Virus record (IMG/VR): IMGVR_UViG_3300032046_000029
Location: 1 to 58,728 of that record
Origin: a virus
Lineage: Duplodnaviria > Caudoviricetes
Strand: one strand, 5' to 3'
DNA: 58,728 bases
Shown: one piece after another, positions 28,163-36,804 of the stretch
Layout: the number at the start of each line of letters is the position of its first letter
Position numbering within the stretch: position 1 is the first letter of the stretch
Program-made: the position numbers and the translations under genes
The notes under the pieces: model-generated
Told to the model about the DNA's origin: nothing
Seen by the model: the letters and a program-made list of their open reading frames with translations, nothing else
Database searches by the model: none

Positions 28163-29452
28163 ATGGAGGTTGAGATGGAGACTACCTTGAACATCACTAC
28201 TGACACGGCGCTAGACGAACGCCGCACCATCTTCGCTGGCATAGTCGGCGAGGACGATGCGGCTAGACTTCAGACCGTTAGTTTGGACATTCAGAGGATG
28301 AGAGAACTGGGTGCCCTAGTGGATATAGATATCCACGGATCCAATCTTTTCGTTGTCCGCGCGACGTGGGCGGAGTTGGGAATACCGGATGAGGATATGC
28401 GCCAGAGGCGGCTGCATCAGGGATCGAAAGACCTAATTCCGACGCTCTACATCGGGCGCTGGAATAGTCTGCAAACCCGTTTTAGGCAGTCACTCGATAG
28501 ATACTCTTGGGACTTACAAGGTTTTCGCCCATGGCGTTTTATCCCCTTCACTGCCTATGCCGCCTGGAAAGCGGAGTGGGAAACCCTGCAGGCCGAGTTG
28601 GCCATCCTCAAGGCGGACCTGATCGAGCGCCGGGATGGATTCGCGGACCAACTGGCGGCCGACTTCGCACAGGTGGCGCGCGAGGCCTGGCAGGCGATCA
28701 AGTCCCGCCGGCCGGACGACGCTGGCGAGTTCGTCCTGGTTACGGACTACGGCACGTTCGAGACCGCGAACCAGTTCGTGGACTACGTGGTGAGCCAGGC
28801 CGTCGCCCTGCTCCCGACCGCGGAGCAGATCGAGGCCGGGCTGTATGTGGATTACAAGAATGCGATGGTATCCACCGGGGCGGACCTGGCGATAGAGCAA
28901 GCCCGTGAAGAGCAGGCCCGGAGCGAGGCCCGCACCGGCGAGGTCGAGGAATACACGAAGCGCCAGAAGCTCCAGGTGGAGCTATTTGAGGCACAGAAAA
29001 TGTCCGACATGCGGCTCAGCCTGGAGCAAGCAAAACTACAGGCGATGCACCAGGCCGAGCTCGAGCACGCCCGCGAGCAACTGGCGCACGCCGTCTCCCC
29101 GTTCCAGGAGATGGCCGAGCAGTTCCGCGCTCGCATCTTTCAGGACGTGACCGAGATCGCCGCCTCGATCCGCAAGAACGGCCACGTGAGGGGCAAGGTA
29201 GCCGAGAGGGCCAGGGGGTTGGTAGAATCGTACCGGCTCCTGAACTCGGTGACAGGAGACGTCGAACTGGAGCAGGCACTCCAGGGACTGCGTGATCAAC
29301 TCCTGCAGGCGCCGGCTGCCGAGGGGGTCCACTACAGTGTGGCAGCCGTGGAGGCTACGCTGGAGGGGATCGAGGGAATGTGCCACGAGCAGGCCGAAAT
29401 CGTCAAGGCCCGCTCCGGGGCGCGGACCCGGGCCGGGATGATCGAAGTCTAA
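28163..29452 (+). CDS. Large helical protein (DUF3150-like)
   Basis: 429 aa, coiled-coil rich, upstream of the AAA cluster; family call tentative. Confidence 0.55.
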   Translation: MEVEMETTLNITTDTALDERRTIFAGIVGEDDAARLQTVSLDIQRMRELGALVDIDIHGSNLFVVRATWAELGIPDEDMRQRRLHQGSKDLIPTLYIGRWNSLQTRFRQSLDRYSWDLQGFRPWRFIPFTAYAAWKAEWETLQAELAILKADLIERRDGFADQLAADFAQVAREAWQAIKSRRPDDAGEFVLVTDYGTFETANQFVDYVVSQAVALLPTAEQIEAGLYVDYKNAMVSTGADLAIEQAREEQARSEARTGEVEEYTKRQKLQVELFEAQKMSDMRLSLEQAKLQAMHQAELEHAREQLAHAVSPFQEMAEQFRARIFQDVTEIAASIRKNGHVRGKVAERARGLVESYRLLNSVTGDVELEQALQGLRDQLLQAPAAEGVHYSVAAVEATLEGIEGMCHEQAEIVKARSGARTRAGMIEV

Positions 29453-29543
29453 TAGATCGAGGGGCCGGATTGGCAGCAGCGCGTTGCACAAATCCGGCTC
29501 CTCGTTCGTTCTATAGGTAGAGCACAGAAATGGGGAGGAAACG

Positions 29544-31085
29544 ATGGACAACAAGACCGTGACGCAGATCGACCGGATGATTCGGGGACGTTACCCGATC
29601 ATCGCGGTTCAGTCGCATGAGGAGGGCCGGGTGATGGATGCCCTGACGGGAATCGCCAAGGCCCAGGGCAAGCAGTTGCACGTCTGGACGATCAGCCGGG
29701 GGATGGAGCAGGTCCTCCCAGAGACCGACCAGCCGGCGAACCAGGCCCTGGCCGACCCCGTCAGCGCCCTCCAGTGGGTGCGGGAGCAGGAGGCCGGTAG
29801 CAAGGCGTTGTTCGTGTTCAAGGACCTGCACCCCTTCATCGGCGGTGAGCGGGCCGACCCCGTGGCAGTGCGCAGCCTGCGGGATTGCGCGGACGCCCTG
29901 ACCAGCCGGTTCCAAACGATTATCCTCGTAAGCCCACAGATCGCCGTCCCAACCGACTTACAGAAGGACGTGGTGACGGTGGACTTTCCCCTGCCGACGT
30001 TCGGTGAGTTGGCCGAGGTCCTGGAGGGAGCAATCGAGAACCTGCCCAGCCACATCCCCTGCAACCTGAACGGGGACCGCAAGGACGTCATCCGGGCGCT
30101 CCAGGGACTGACCCAGGTCGAGGCTGATGCAGTGCTGGGCTACGCCATCGCCAGCCTGCGGCATCTGGATACGGATGCTATTCCCCTGATCCTGGATGCC
30201 AAGCGGGAAATCATTCGGCAATCCGGGGCACTCGAATACTACCCTGAGCAGGCCAGTTACAGTGAAATCGGGGGGCTGGACGTACTGAAAGCCTGGTGTA
30301 TGGAGAGCGAGATTGCCTTTTCTGATCAGGCCCAGGCGTTCGGGGTCGAGCCGGACAAGGGGGTCTTGATCGTAGGCGTACCGGGTTGTGGAAAGTCGCT
30401 CACCGCCAAGGCTATCGCAGGGGGCAACCGCCCCTTGTTGCGGCTCGACGTGGGGGCGCTGTTCGGGTCGCTGGTCGGCCAGAGCGAGGCGCAGACGCGC
30501 AACGCGCTCAAGGTTGCCGAGGCCGTTGCCCCTTGTGTCCTGTGGATCGACGAGATCGAGAAGGCACTTGGAAGCGGCGGAGGGGAATTGGACGGCGGGA
30601 CGAGCCTGCGGGTCCTGGGGACCATCCTCACCTGGATGGAGGAAGCGGACGCGCCGGTGTTCGTAGTGGCAACGGCCAACGACATCGGCAGCCTGCGGCC
30701 TGAGTTGATCCGGCGGTTTGGGGAGGTCTTTTTCGTAGACCTACCCCAGGTCGGCGAGCGGGCCGACATTCTGGCGATTCACCTGCAGCGCAAGCGGGAT
30801 TCTGGGAAGTTTGATCTTCAGGCCGTGGCCGAAGCAACTGAGAATTTTACCGGCTCTGAGTTAGAGAAGGTCGTCCAGATGGCCCTGCGGCGGGCATTCG
30901 CCCAGGGGCGCGAGGTCGAGACGGCGGACCTGCTGACAGTGACCGGGGAGACGGTACCCCTGGTCACGACGATGCAGGAGCAGATCCAGGCGATGCGCCA
31001 GTGGGCGACCAGAGCGCGGCCGGCGTCGAGCCGCCAGGAAACCGGGCGCAAGGTCCAGGCCACGGGCCGGGCGCTGGAGGTCTGA
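29544..31085 (+). CDS. AAA+ ATPase (Ycf46-like)
   Basis: IGGLDVLK, GVPGCGKS, LWIDEIEK, VATAN; degenerate N-terminal AAA domain. Confidence 0.92.
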   Translation: MDNKTVTQIDRMIRGRYPIIAVQSHEEGRVMDALTGIAKAQGKQLHVWTISRGMEQVLPETDQPANQALADPVSALQWVREQEAGSKALFVFKDLHPFIGGERADPVAVRSLRDCADALTSRFQTIILVSPQIAVPTDLQKDVVTVDFPLPTFGELAEVLEGAIENLPSHIPCNLNGDRKDVIRALQGLTQVEADAVLGYAIASLRHLDTDAIPLILDAKREIIRQSGALEYYPEQASYSEIGGLDVLKAWCMESEIAFSDQAQAFGVEPDKGVLIVGVPGCGKSLTAKAIAGGNRPLLRLDVGALFGSLVGQSEAQTRNALKVAEAVAPCVLWIDEIEKALGSGGGELDGGTSLRVLGTILTWMEEADAPVFVVATANDIGSLRPELIRRFGEVFFVDLPQVGERADILAIHLQRKRDSGKFDLQAVAEATENFTGSELEKVVQMALRRAFAQGREVETADLLTVTGETVPLVTTMQEQIQAMRQWATRARPASSRQETGRKVQATGRALEV

Positions 31086-31181
31086 GAGTGAGCCGCCTCT
31101 CTGACAGGGAGGCGGCTATGAGTTTACGAACGCAATTGCACAAAACGGGTTACTCATTCGTTCTATGGGTAGGAGGATGCG

Positions 31182-31634
31182 ATGAGCAAGTATCTCAAGG
31201 TAGCGATTCAATTCAAAGACGAGACGACGTTCCGTGAGGCATTGCGGGACGTGTGTAAGGCGCGCGGGATTCAGTTCGAGCAGGGGCAGAACCTTACCCT
31301 GGTCGGCTACCTGAATGACCTGCGCCCTGAGACGGCGGAGTACGTGATCCTGCGCCGGTACGTTGGAACATCCGCTAACGATCTGGGGTTCGCCCGGCAG
31401 GCCGACGGCAGCCTGGGAGTGGTCATCAGCGAGTTCGACAGCCGGGGAACAGGGGCCGAGATCGTGGCCCAGGTCAAGCAGCGGTACGCGCGGCTCCAGG
31501 TCGAAAAGAAAGCGCAGGCGCGCGGGTTCCGGGTCGAGGAAGTGAAAGAGGCGGGTGGCACGATCCGCCTGCGGCTCTACCCGACGGCGGCCACCCGGCA
31601 GCCGGTGCGCCAGGCGTATACGGTGAGGAGATGA
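31182..31634 (+). CDS. DUF1257 (Ycf35-like) protein
   Basis: MSKY..L..AL, NDLGF, KQRYA, GFRVEE; follows the AAA gene. Confidence 0.75.
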   Translation: MSKYLKVAIQFKDETTFREALRDVCKARGIQFEQGQNLTLVGYLNDLRPETAEYVILRRYVGTSANDLGFARQADGSLGVVISEFDSRGTGAEIVAQVKQRYARLQVEKKAQARGFRVEEVKEAGGTIRLRLYPTAATRQPVRQAYTVRR

Positions 31635-31638
31635 GGCG

Positions 31639-31836
31639 ATGGCCGAGCAGAAGTACATCGAGATCGTGATCAACGCTGATGGGGAGATCGAGTCCGAGGT
31701 CAAGGGTGTTCTCGGCCCGGACTGCGAAGGGCTGGCGGATTGGATCGAGGAACTGGGGACGGTGACAGAGCACCGCCACACGCCAGAGTATTATCGGCGG
31801 CAACAGGTCGCGCCCCAGGTACGGGCGGGGCGCTGA
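31639..31836 (+). CDS. DUF2997-like small protein
   Basis: IEIVINADGEIESEVKGVLGPDC..LG..HTPEYY. Confidence 0.75.
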   Translation: MAEQKYIEIVINADGEIESEVKGVLGPDCEGLADWIEELGTVTEHRHTPEYYRRQQVAPQVRAGR

Positions 31837-32144
31837 GAGAAGGCAGGGACAGAAGATCGTCCCTTGCCGTGGCTCTGACGGGGGCACCGGTACTCGGGGG
31901 CCGGGAAGATTGGACCTGTCAGGGCCACGGGAATGGACGATCAAGGTAAACCTACACGGAGTCGGGTGCGGGTTAACTACGAGGAACTGGAGCGCCGGCA
32001 ATCCGTGGAGTTGGAACGACGGCAACGCGAGGAAGCCGCCAGGCAAGGATTCTGGTCCCTGCTGCGGCAGGTATTCGCAGGGGCAACCCGTGCCACGCTC
32101 GAACGCCAGGAGCGGGCGCGTGAACTGCGCCGGGGGAATGAACA

Positions 32145-32348
32145 GTGAGTGACCTGGATGAGTTGACCGATAGAGAGATATGGGCCATGCCGCTGACACT
32201 GTGGAACTTTGAGCGGAAACTGCCACTGCTCGCAGAGGCGTGCGAATATCTTTTACCCAAGATTCAACGCCTTGAGCGTCGCATAGAACGGCTTTCGCGC
32301 CGATTGTGCAAGGCGATAGAGGAACTGGAGGCGCGTGACAATGGATGA
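32145..32348 (+). CDS. Hypothetical coiled-coil protein
   Basis: Coupled ORF. Confidence 0.45.
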   Translation: MSDLDELTDREIWAMPLTLWNFERKLPLLAEACEYLLPKIQRLERRIERLSRRLCKAIEELEARDNG

Positions 32349-32820
32349 GATTATCCTCTCCCTCGATGCCTCCAGTACCGCTATCGGCTGGTGCGCCGCT
32401 CAGGGTGAGCGTTACCTGAACAGCGGCGTGCAGGACTTCACCGGCGAGCGGGATGTGCGCATCCGTGAGATCGTGTTCTGGGTACGTGGAATGCTCCTGA
32501 ACTACGATCCCGACCTGGTGGCAATCGAGGAGCCGACCGGCTCCCACCAGAACCTCCAGACCGACCGGCTGCTGGCCCGTGTAGCCGGCGCAATCGAGGG
32601 CCTGTGCATCCTCTCAGAGGTACCCGTGACCTACGTCCACGCGATGAAAGTCAAGGCGACCTCATTCAACAAGCATACGACGCTCATGACGGCGCGCTTC
32701 GTCGGAAAGCCCATCGTCGGGCCGGACGAGGCAGACGCCATCGGAGTGTGGCAAGCAGCCCTGGGGATATTCCAGGGCTATAGACTTACGAACAAAACTT
32801 CACAGGAGGAAGTGCAATGA
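32335..32820 (+). CDS. RuvC-like Holliday junction resolvase
   Basis: ILSLDASSTAIGW, VAIEE, DEADAIG. Confidence 0.85.
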   Translation: MTMDEIILSLDASSTAIGWCAAQGERYLNSGVQDFTGERDVRIREIVFWVRGMLLNYDPDLVAIEEPTGSHQNLQTDRLLARVAGAIEGLCILSEVPVTYVHAMKVKATSFNKHTTLMTARFVGKPIVGPDEADAIGVWQAALGIFQGYRLTNKTSQEEVQ

Positions 32821-33980
32821 GAGCGGTATGTAACCTTTCCGAGTTCCAAGCAGCCCTGTCCCTGGCGGGCCGGGCCATCTCGAAACGGGCGGTCCTGCCG
32901 GTCCTGAGCCACGTGCTGCTCCAGACGGACGGCAATGGCCTGATCGTAGCAGGGACCGATCTGGGGACGTCCATCCGGGTCGGCATCTACGCCAGGGTGG
33001 ACGAGCCAGGGGCGATTACGGCGCCGTTCTATACACTCCAGCCCCTGGCCGGTGTGCTGGAGGGCCAGGACGTCACCCTGTCTGTCAACGGCAATGCGAC
33101 GTTGCTGGTCGGAGCCGGGCGGATGAATGCCAACGTCAAGGGGTTCGAGGCGAAGGAGTTTCCACCCGTCCCGGACTACAGCGTCGCCTCCATCACCGAT
33201 CCCGGGTTCGTCTCGCTGGAGATCCCGACGGCGGCCCTGTGCAAGGCCGTCGCCCGGACGGCGATCAGCGCGAGCAAAGAGGATGCGAACAGGCCCACGC
33301 TCACGTCGGTGTACCTCCACCGGCTGGACGGCGTGTTGGCCCTGGCCGCGGCGGACGGATTCCGCATGAGCCGATGCAAGATTGGCGTTGAGGTCGGGGA
33401 GAGATTTACCGGCCTGCTGATCCCTGCTGCTGCATTGACAGAGGCCGGGCGCGCCATCGCCGGACAGGCCGACACGACCCGCATCGCATTCAAGCCGGGC
33501 GACCCTCACGTGACGTTCCTGGCCGGCACGGTGCAGTTGACAGCGACGTTGATGGAAGGAAAGTTCCCGGACATCTCGGACGTCATCCCGAAAGAGCATG
33601 CCGTCTTGGTCATTGCGTCAGCGGCGGAACTGAAACGGGCCGTCAAGACGGCGATGGTGTTCGCCCGCGAGGAGCAGGGCCACACGATCCGCCTCGCCAT
33701 CGGGGAAAACAAGATGACTCTATTGGCGGAGAATGCTGTAGACGGAGACCAGGTGACCGCAGTGCAAGCCTGCGTGACGGGGAAACTGGAGGAGAGCACG
33801 CTACCGCCGGGGGAGTTCTGGCTGGACGGACGGTATCTGCGCGACCTGCTGGACGTGATCGGCACCGATGACGTTTGCATCACTGGCACCAGTGCCTCGC
33901 ATCCATTCACGTTTCGATCTGCCGAGGATGACGGGTTCGTCCACGTCATCATGCCGCAGGCCGGAAGATCACAGGGGTAG
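32817..33980 (+). CDS. dnaN: DNA polymerase III beta sliding clamp
   Basis: LPVLSHVLL, GTDL, RPTLTSV, AADGFRM, GKFPD, C-terminal HVIMP. Confidence 0.92.
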   Translation: MRAVCNLSEFQAALSLAGRAISKRAVLPVLSHVLLQTDGNGLIVAGTDLGTSIRVGIYARVDEPGAITAPFYTLQPLAGVLEGQDVTLSVNGNATLLVGAGRMNANVKGFEAKEFPPVPDYSVASITDPGFVSLEIPTAALCKAVARTAISASKEDANRPTLTSVYLHRLDGVLALAAADGFRMSRCKIGVEVGERFTGLLIPAAALTEAGRAIAGQADTTRIAFKPGDPHVTFLAGTVQLTATLMEGKFPDISDVIPKEHAVLVIASAAELKRAVKTAMVFAREEQGHTIRLAIGENKMTLLAENAVDGDQVTAVQACVTGKLEESTLPPGEFWLDGRYLRDLLDVIGTDDVCITGTSASHPFTFRSAEDDGFVHVIMPQAGRSQG

Positions 33981-33983
33981 CCT

Positions 33984-34406
33984 ATGGTTTACGATCATAA
34001 CTCCACACGCAACCAGGCCGGGGATCTGAAAGCGGCCGTGCTGGAAATCCTGTCCCGCCACGTTGGAGCAGGGACGGCGATCCAGGCGCGCGACATTGCC
34101 GGAGCCTGTGGCTTGCGAGGCAAGTATGCCGACCGGCCCGTGAGGGAGGCGATTCGTCAACTCAGGCAGGAGGGGCACCTGATCCTCTCCAGCGTCGGGC
34201 GTGAGCCGGGTTACTTCCTGGCCGCCTCTCGGCAGGAATGGGAGGAGTTCCGGGACGGGAATCTCAGGCCGCGAGCACTGGACATCCTGGAGACGGCGAA
34301 GGCGATGGGCCAAGCGGCGGCCAGCAGGTGGGGCGGTGTGCTCGACCTGGGGGATGGGGAGAGCGTGGCGGTGATGCAGTTACGCATGCCGGAGTTAGTG
34401 GCGTGA
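33984..34406 (+). CDS. Winged-HTH protein
   Basis: DRPVREAIRQLRQEGHLILS..GYFLA. Confidence 0.7.
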   Translation: MVYDHNSTRNQAGDLKAAVLEILSRHVGAGTAIQARDIAGACGLRGKYADRPVREAIRQLRQEGHLILSSVGREPGYFLAASRQEWEEFRDGNLRPRALDILETAKAMGQAAASRWGGVLDLGDGESVAVMQLRMPELVA

Positions 34407-34523
34407 TGGGATACATCTGCGCCGGCCTGGTCATCCTGATCATCATTGCCACAATTGCCATCGTTGTAGCGTGCATCGTTGGCAGTGGGGTGGACGCGCA
34501 CCTTCACGTGGAGCACGGTGGTG

Positions 34524-35459
34524 ATGAATGAGTTGGCTCTATTTGCCGGGGCGGGCGGGGGACTGCTCGCCACTCAACACTTACTCGGATTCAGGACCGT
34601 CTGTTACGTCGAAATCGCACCCTACCCGGTCGCGGTCCTCGAGGCCCGCATCCGAGACGGATTGCTCGACGACGCCCCCATCTGGGACGACGTCCGAACC
34701 TTCGATGGCAAGCCCTGGCGTGGAGTCGTGGATCTCATCTCTGCGGGATTCCCGTGCCAGCCGTACAGTAGCGCAGGCAAGCAACGCGCGGACGCCGATG
34801 AGCGTAACCTGTGGCCGGATACCATTCGCGTCGTTAGAGAAGTCCGGCCCCGATACGTCCTGCTGGAGAACGTCTCAAGGCTGCTTGTTTACCCATACGC
34901 TCGCCGAATATTCGCAGACCTGGCCGAGAGCGGGTACGATTGTCGGTGGGATTGCCTACCGGCTGCCGCCGTCGGCGCCCCTCACATCCGTGATCGGCTC
35001 TTCATCGTGGCCTACACCGGTAGGTTACAATCGGGGAAACCGATCAGCGAGTTCGGGCAGTCGGTACCGGCCATCACTCCAGGAGATGGCGGAGACGGGA
35101 GACTGGCGGAGGTTCTGGCCTACACCACAGAGTCGGGATTGGAAGGGTCCGTGCAACCAGAAGTCTTGCCTGCCCAATGCAGTACGGGAAAGATGGCCTA
35201 CGCCGACGGAGGGGGATTCGCGGGGGCGAAGGACCAGCCGCAAGGCCAAGGCGTTGTATTCGGCAGGTCCTACCCTATTGGAAGCGATCTGGGGGGATCG
35301 TCCTGGTGGGAAGTTGAACCCCGATTGGATCGAGTGGCTGATGGGGTGGCCCATCGGGTGGACCGAATTGCAGCCATTGGAGAGGGACAAGTTCCTCTCG
35401 TGGTCGCAACAGCATGGAGGATTCTGAGTGAGCACATCGGGAGCGCCGGCGATGAGTGA
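34524..35459 (+). CDS. DNA cytosine-5 methyltransferase, alpha-type polypeptide
   Basis: LFAGAGG, AGFPCQPYS, LLENV, HIRDRLF; degenerate motif X (IGEGQVP). Confidence 0.9.
   Translation: MNELALFAGAGGGLLATQHLLGFRTVCYVEIAPYPVAVLEARIRDGLLDDAPIWDDVRTFDGKPWRGVVDLISAGFPCQPYSSAGKQRADADERNLWPDTIRVVREVRPRYVLLENVSRLLVYPYARRIFADLAESGYDCRWDCLPAAAVGAPHIRDRLFIVAYTGRLQSGKPISEFGQSVPAITPGDGGDGRLAEVLAYTTESGLEGSVQPEVLPAQCSTGKMAYADGGGFAGAKDQPQGQGVVFGRSYPIGSDLGGSSWWEVEPRLDRVADGVAHRVDRIAAIGEGQVPLVVATAWRILSEHIGSAGDE
34528..35427 (+). CDS. Alternative-frame C5-MTase beta-type polypeptide (WPTP repeats, motif IX)
   Basis: Three WPTP repeats and LNPDWIEWLMGWPIGWT; resembles the nested M.EcoHK31I beta arrangement. Confidence 0.7.
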   Translation: MSWLYLPGRAGDCSPLNTYSDSGPSVTSKSHPTRSRSSRPASETDCSTTPPSGTTSEPSMASPGVESWISSLRDSRASRTVAQASNARTPMSVTCGRIPFASLEKSGPDTSCWRTSQGCLFTHTLAEYSQTWPRAGTIVGGIAYRLPPSAPLTSVIGSSSWPTPVGYNRGNRSASSGSRYRPSLQEMAETGDWRRFWPTPQSRDWKGPCNQKSCLPNAVRERWPTPTEGDSRGRRTSRKAKALYSAGPTLLEAIWGDRPGGKLNPDWIEWLMGWPIGWTELQPLERDKFLSWSQQHGGF

Positions 35460-36372
35460 CCTCGTTCCGGTCAAGGTCCAGGATTGGCCCATCCTGGCAG
35501 CGATAGACAACTGCCGGCGTCTGGCCGACAGTACGCGCCGTCAGTACCACAACGCCCTGGTCGGCTATCTGGGGACCGGGGCAGAGTTGAAGGACGCTGT
35601 GGCGCTGGCCGCCTATGCCCGGACGCTCCCGGCATCGAGCAGGTCCTTCCTCAAGGCTGCCGTGCGATTGGTGACGGCGGGGCTGGCAAACGGTCTGAAG
35701 GGCCAGGCTACGCCGGACAACGTGAATGGAGTCCAGGCCGCACTCTACCGCCTGGAGGCCCTGCAGGGAGCCATCGAGACGCATGCGCAGAGGGGCCGAA
35801 AACTGCACACCTGGCTGACGGCGGCGGAAGTCGAGCGGCTGCTGGCGACCTGTGACACCTCGACGCTCCTGGGCCGGCGCGACCGGGTCCTCCTGGGCCT
35901 GCTGGCCGGGGCCGGCTTGCGGCGGGCGGAAGCGGCGGCGTTGCGATTCACGGATGTCGCGCTCCTGCCGGTCAAGGGGCGGATGCGCACCGTCCTCCAG
36001 GTGCGGGGCAAGGGGGACAAGTTGCGGGCCGTGCCTATCTCCGATGCGTTGGCGAACGGGTTGGACGATTGGGCGGCCGAGGCCGGCGCCGGGCGGGTGC
36101 TCAGGAGCGTGGATCAGGGCGGGCGTTTGGCCGCCAGCATGTCCCAGGCCGCGATCTTCGACGTCGTGCGGGCGCGGGGCGCGCTGATCGGCAAGCCGGA
36201 CCTGGCTCCCCACGACCTGCGGCGGACGTTCGCCCAGCTCGGGTACGAGGCGGGCATCCCGCTGGTGCAGATTTCCAGGCTGTTGGGGCACTCTAGTGTC
36301 ACGACGACGCAGCGGTACCTCAACCTGGACTTGGACTTGAAGATGACGGCGAGCGACTTCGTGCCGTTTTGA
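35452..36372 (+). CDS. Tyrosine recombinase (XerC/D-like)
   Basis: GLRRAE, GKGDK.R, HDLRRT, LGHSSVTTTQRY. Confidence 0.93.
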   Translation: MSDLVPVKVQDWPILAAIDNCRRLADSTRRQYHNALVGYLGTGAELKDAVALAAYARTLPASSRSFLKAAVRLVTAGLANGLKGQATPDNVNGVQAALYRLEALQGAIETHAQRGRKLHTWLTAAEVERLLATCDTSTLLGRRDRVLLGLLAGAGLRRAEAAALRFTDVALLPVKGRMRTVLQVRGKGDKLRAVPISDALANGLDDWAAEAGAGRVLRSVDQGGRLAASMSQAAIFDVVRARGALIGKPDLAPHDLRRTFAQLGYEAGIPLVQISRLLGHSSVTTTQRYLNLDLDLKMTASDFVPF

Positions 36373-36390
36373 GGAAAGGGAGAAAAAGAA

Positions 36391-36744
36391 ATGGAGAACA
36401 GTGCCATCATAATCTACGCCGGTCAGCCAATGAAGGTCGTTTGTGATAGGAACTGCGCCAAGGCGTGGGGGATCCAATGCCGCCCCGAAGTGCAGTTGTC
36501 CGATGATCCTGATGACTATGCTTTCCTGGCCGATGGAGAGTTGGGTGAGGCACCGATTGATCCGGGCACCTATGAGGGCGGGGAAGCCAAGCCATTATCG
36601 CCTTACGAATTCCCCAACAAGTGGTGTGTGAGAGAATGCGAGAGGTGCGCCAAGTCCCTACCCCGCGAGCAGAATGAACCGCTCAAAGCGTTGCAATATG
36701 ATGGGCGAGTCTACAATATGCCGCAGTTGCACAGTGGCCGGTGA
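36391..36744 (+). CDS. Cys-rich hypothetical protein
   Basis: CDRNC..C, CVRECERC; RBS. Confidence 0.65.
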   Translation: MENSAIIIYAGQPMKVVCDRNCAKAWGIQCRPEVQLSDDPDDYAFLADGELGEAPIDPGTYEGGEAKPLSPYEFPNKWCVRECERCAKSLPREQNEPLKALQYDGRVYNMPQLHSGR

Positions 36745-36804
36745 CTTCGTGCCGTTCTAGGGCTATGGCGTTAGTATCGTAATCTCATAGAGGAGAGGCA
36801 ACCA

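Noticed and set aside
35275-36477. 400-aa antisense ORF over the recombinase, and similar long shadow ORFs (e.g. 43976-44914, 56138-57238, 31474-32547)
   Set aside because: Expected in GC-rich coding DNA; no motifs, RBS or promoter, unlike the antisense ORF in the intein
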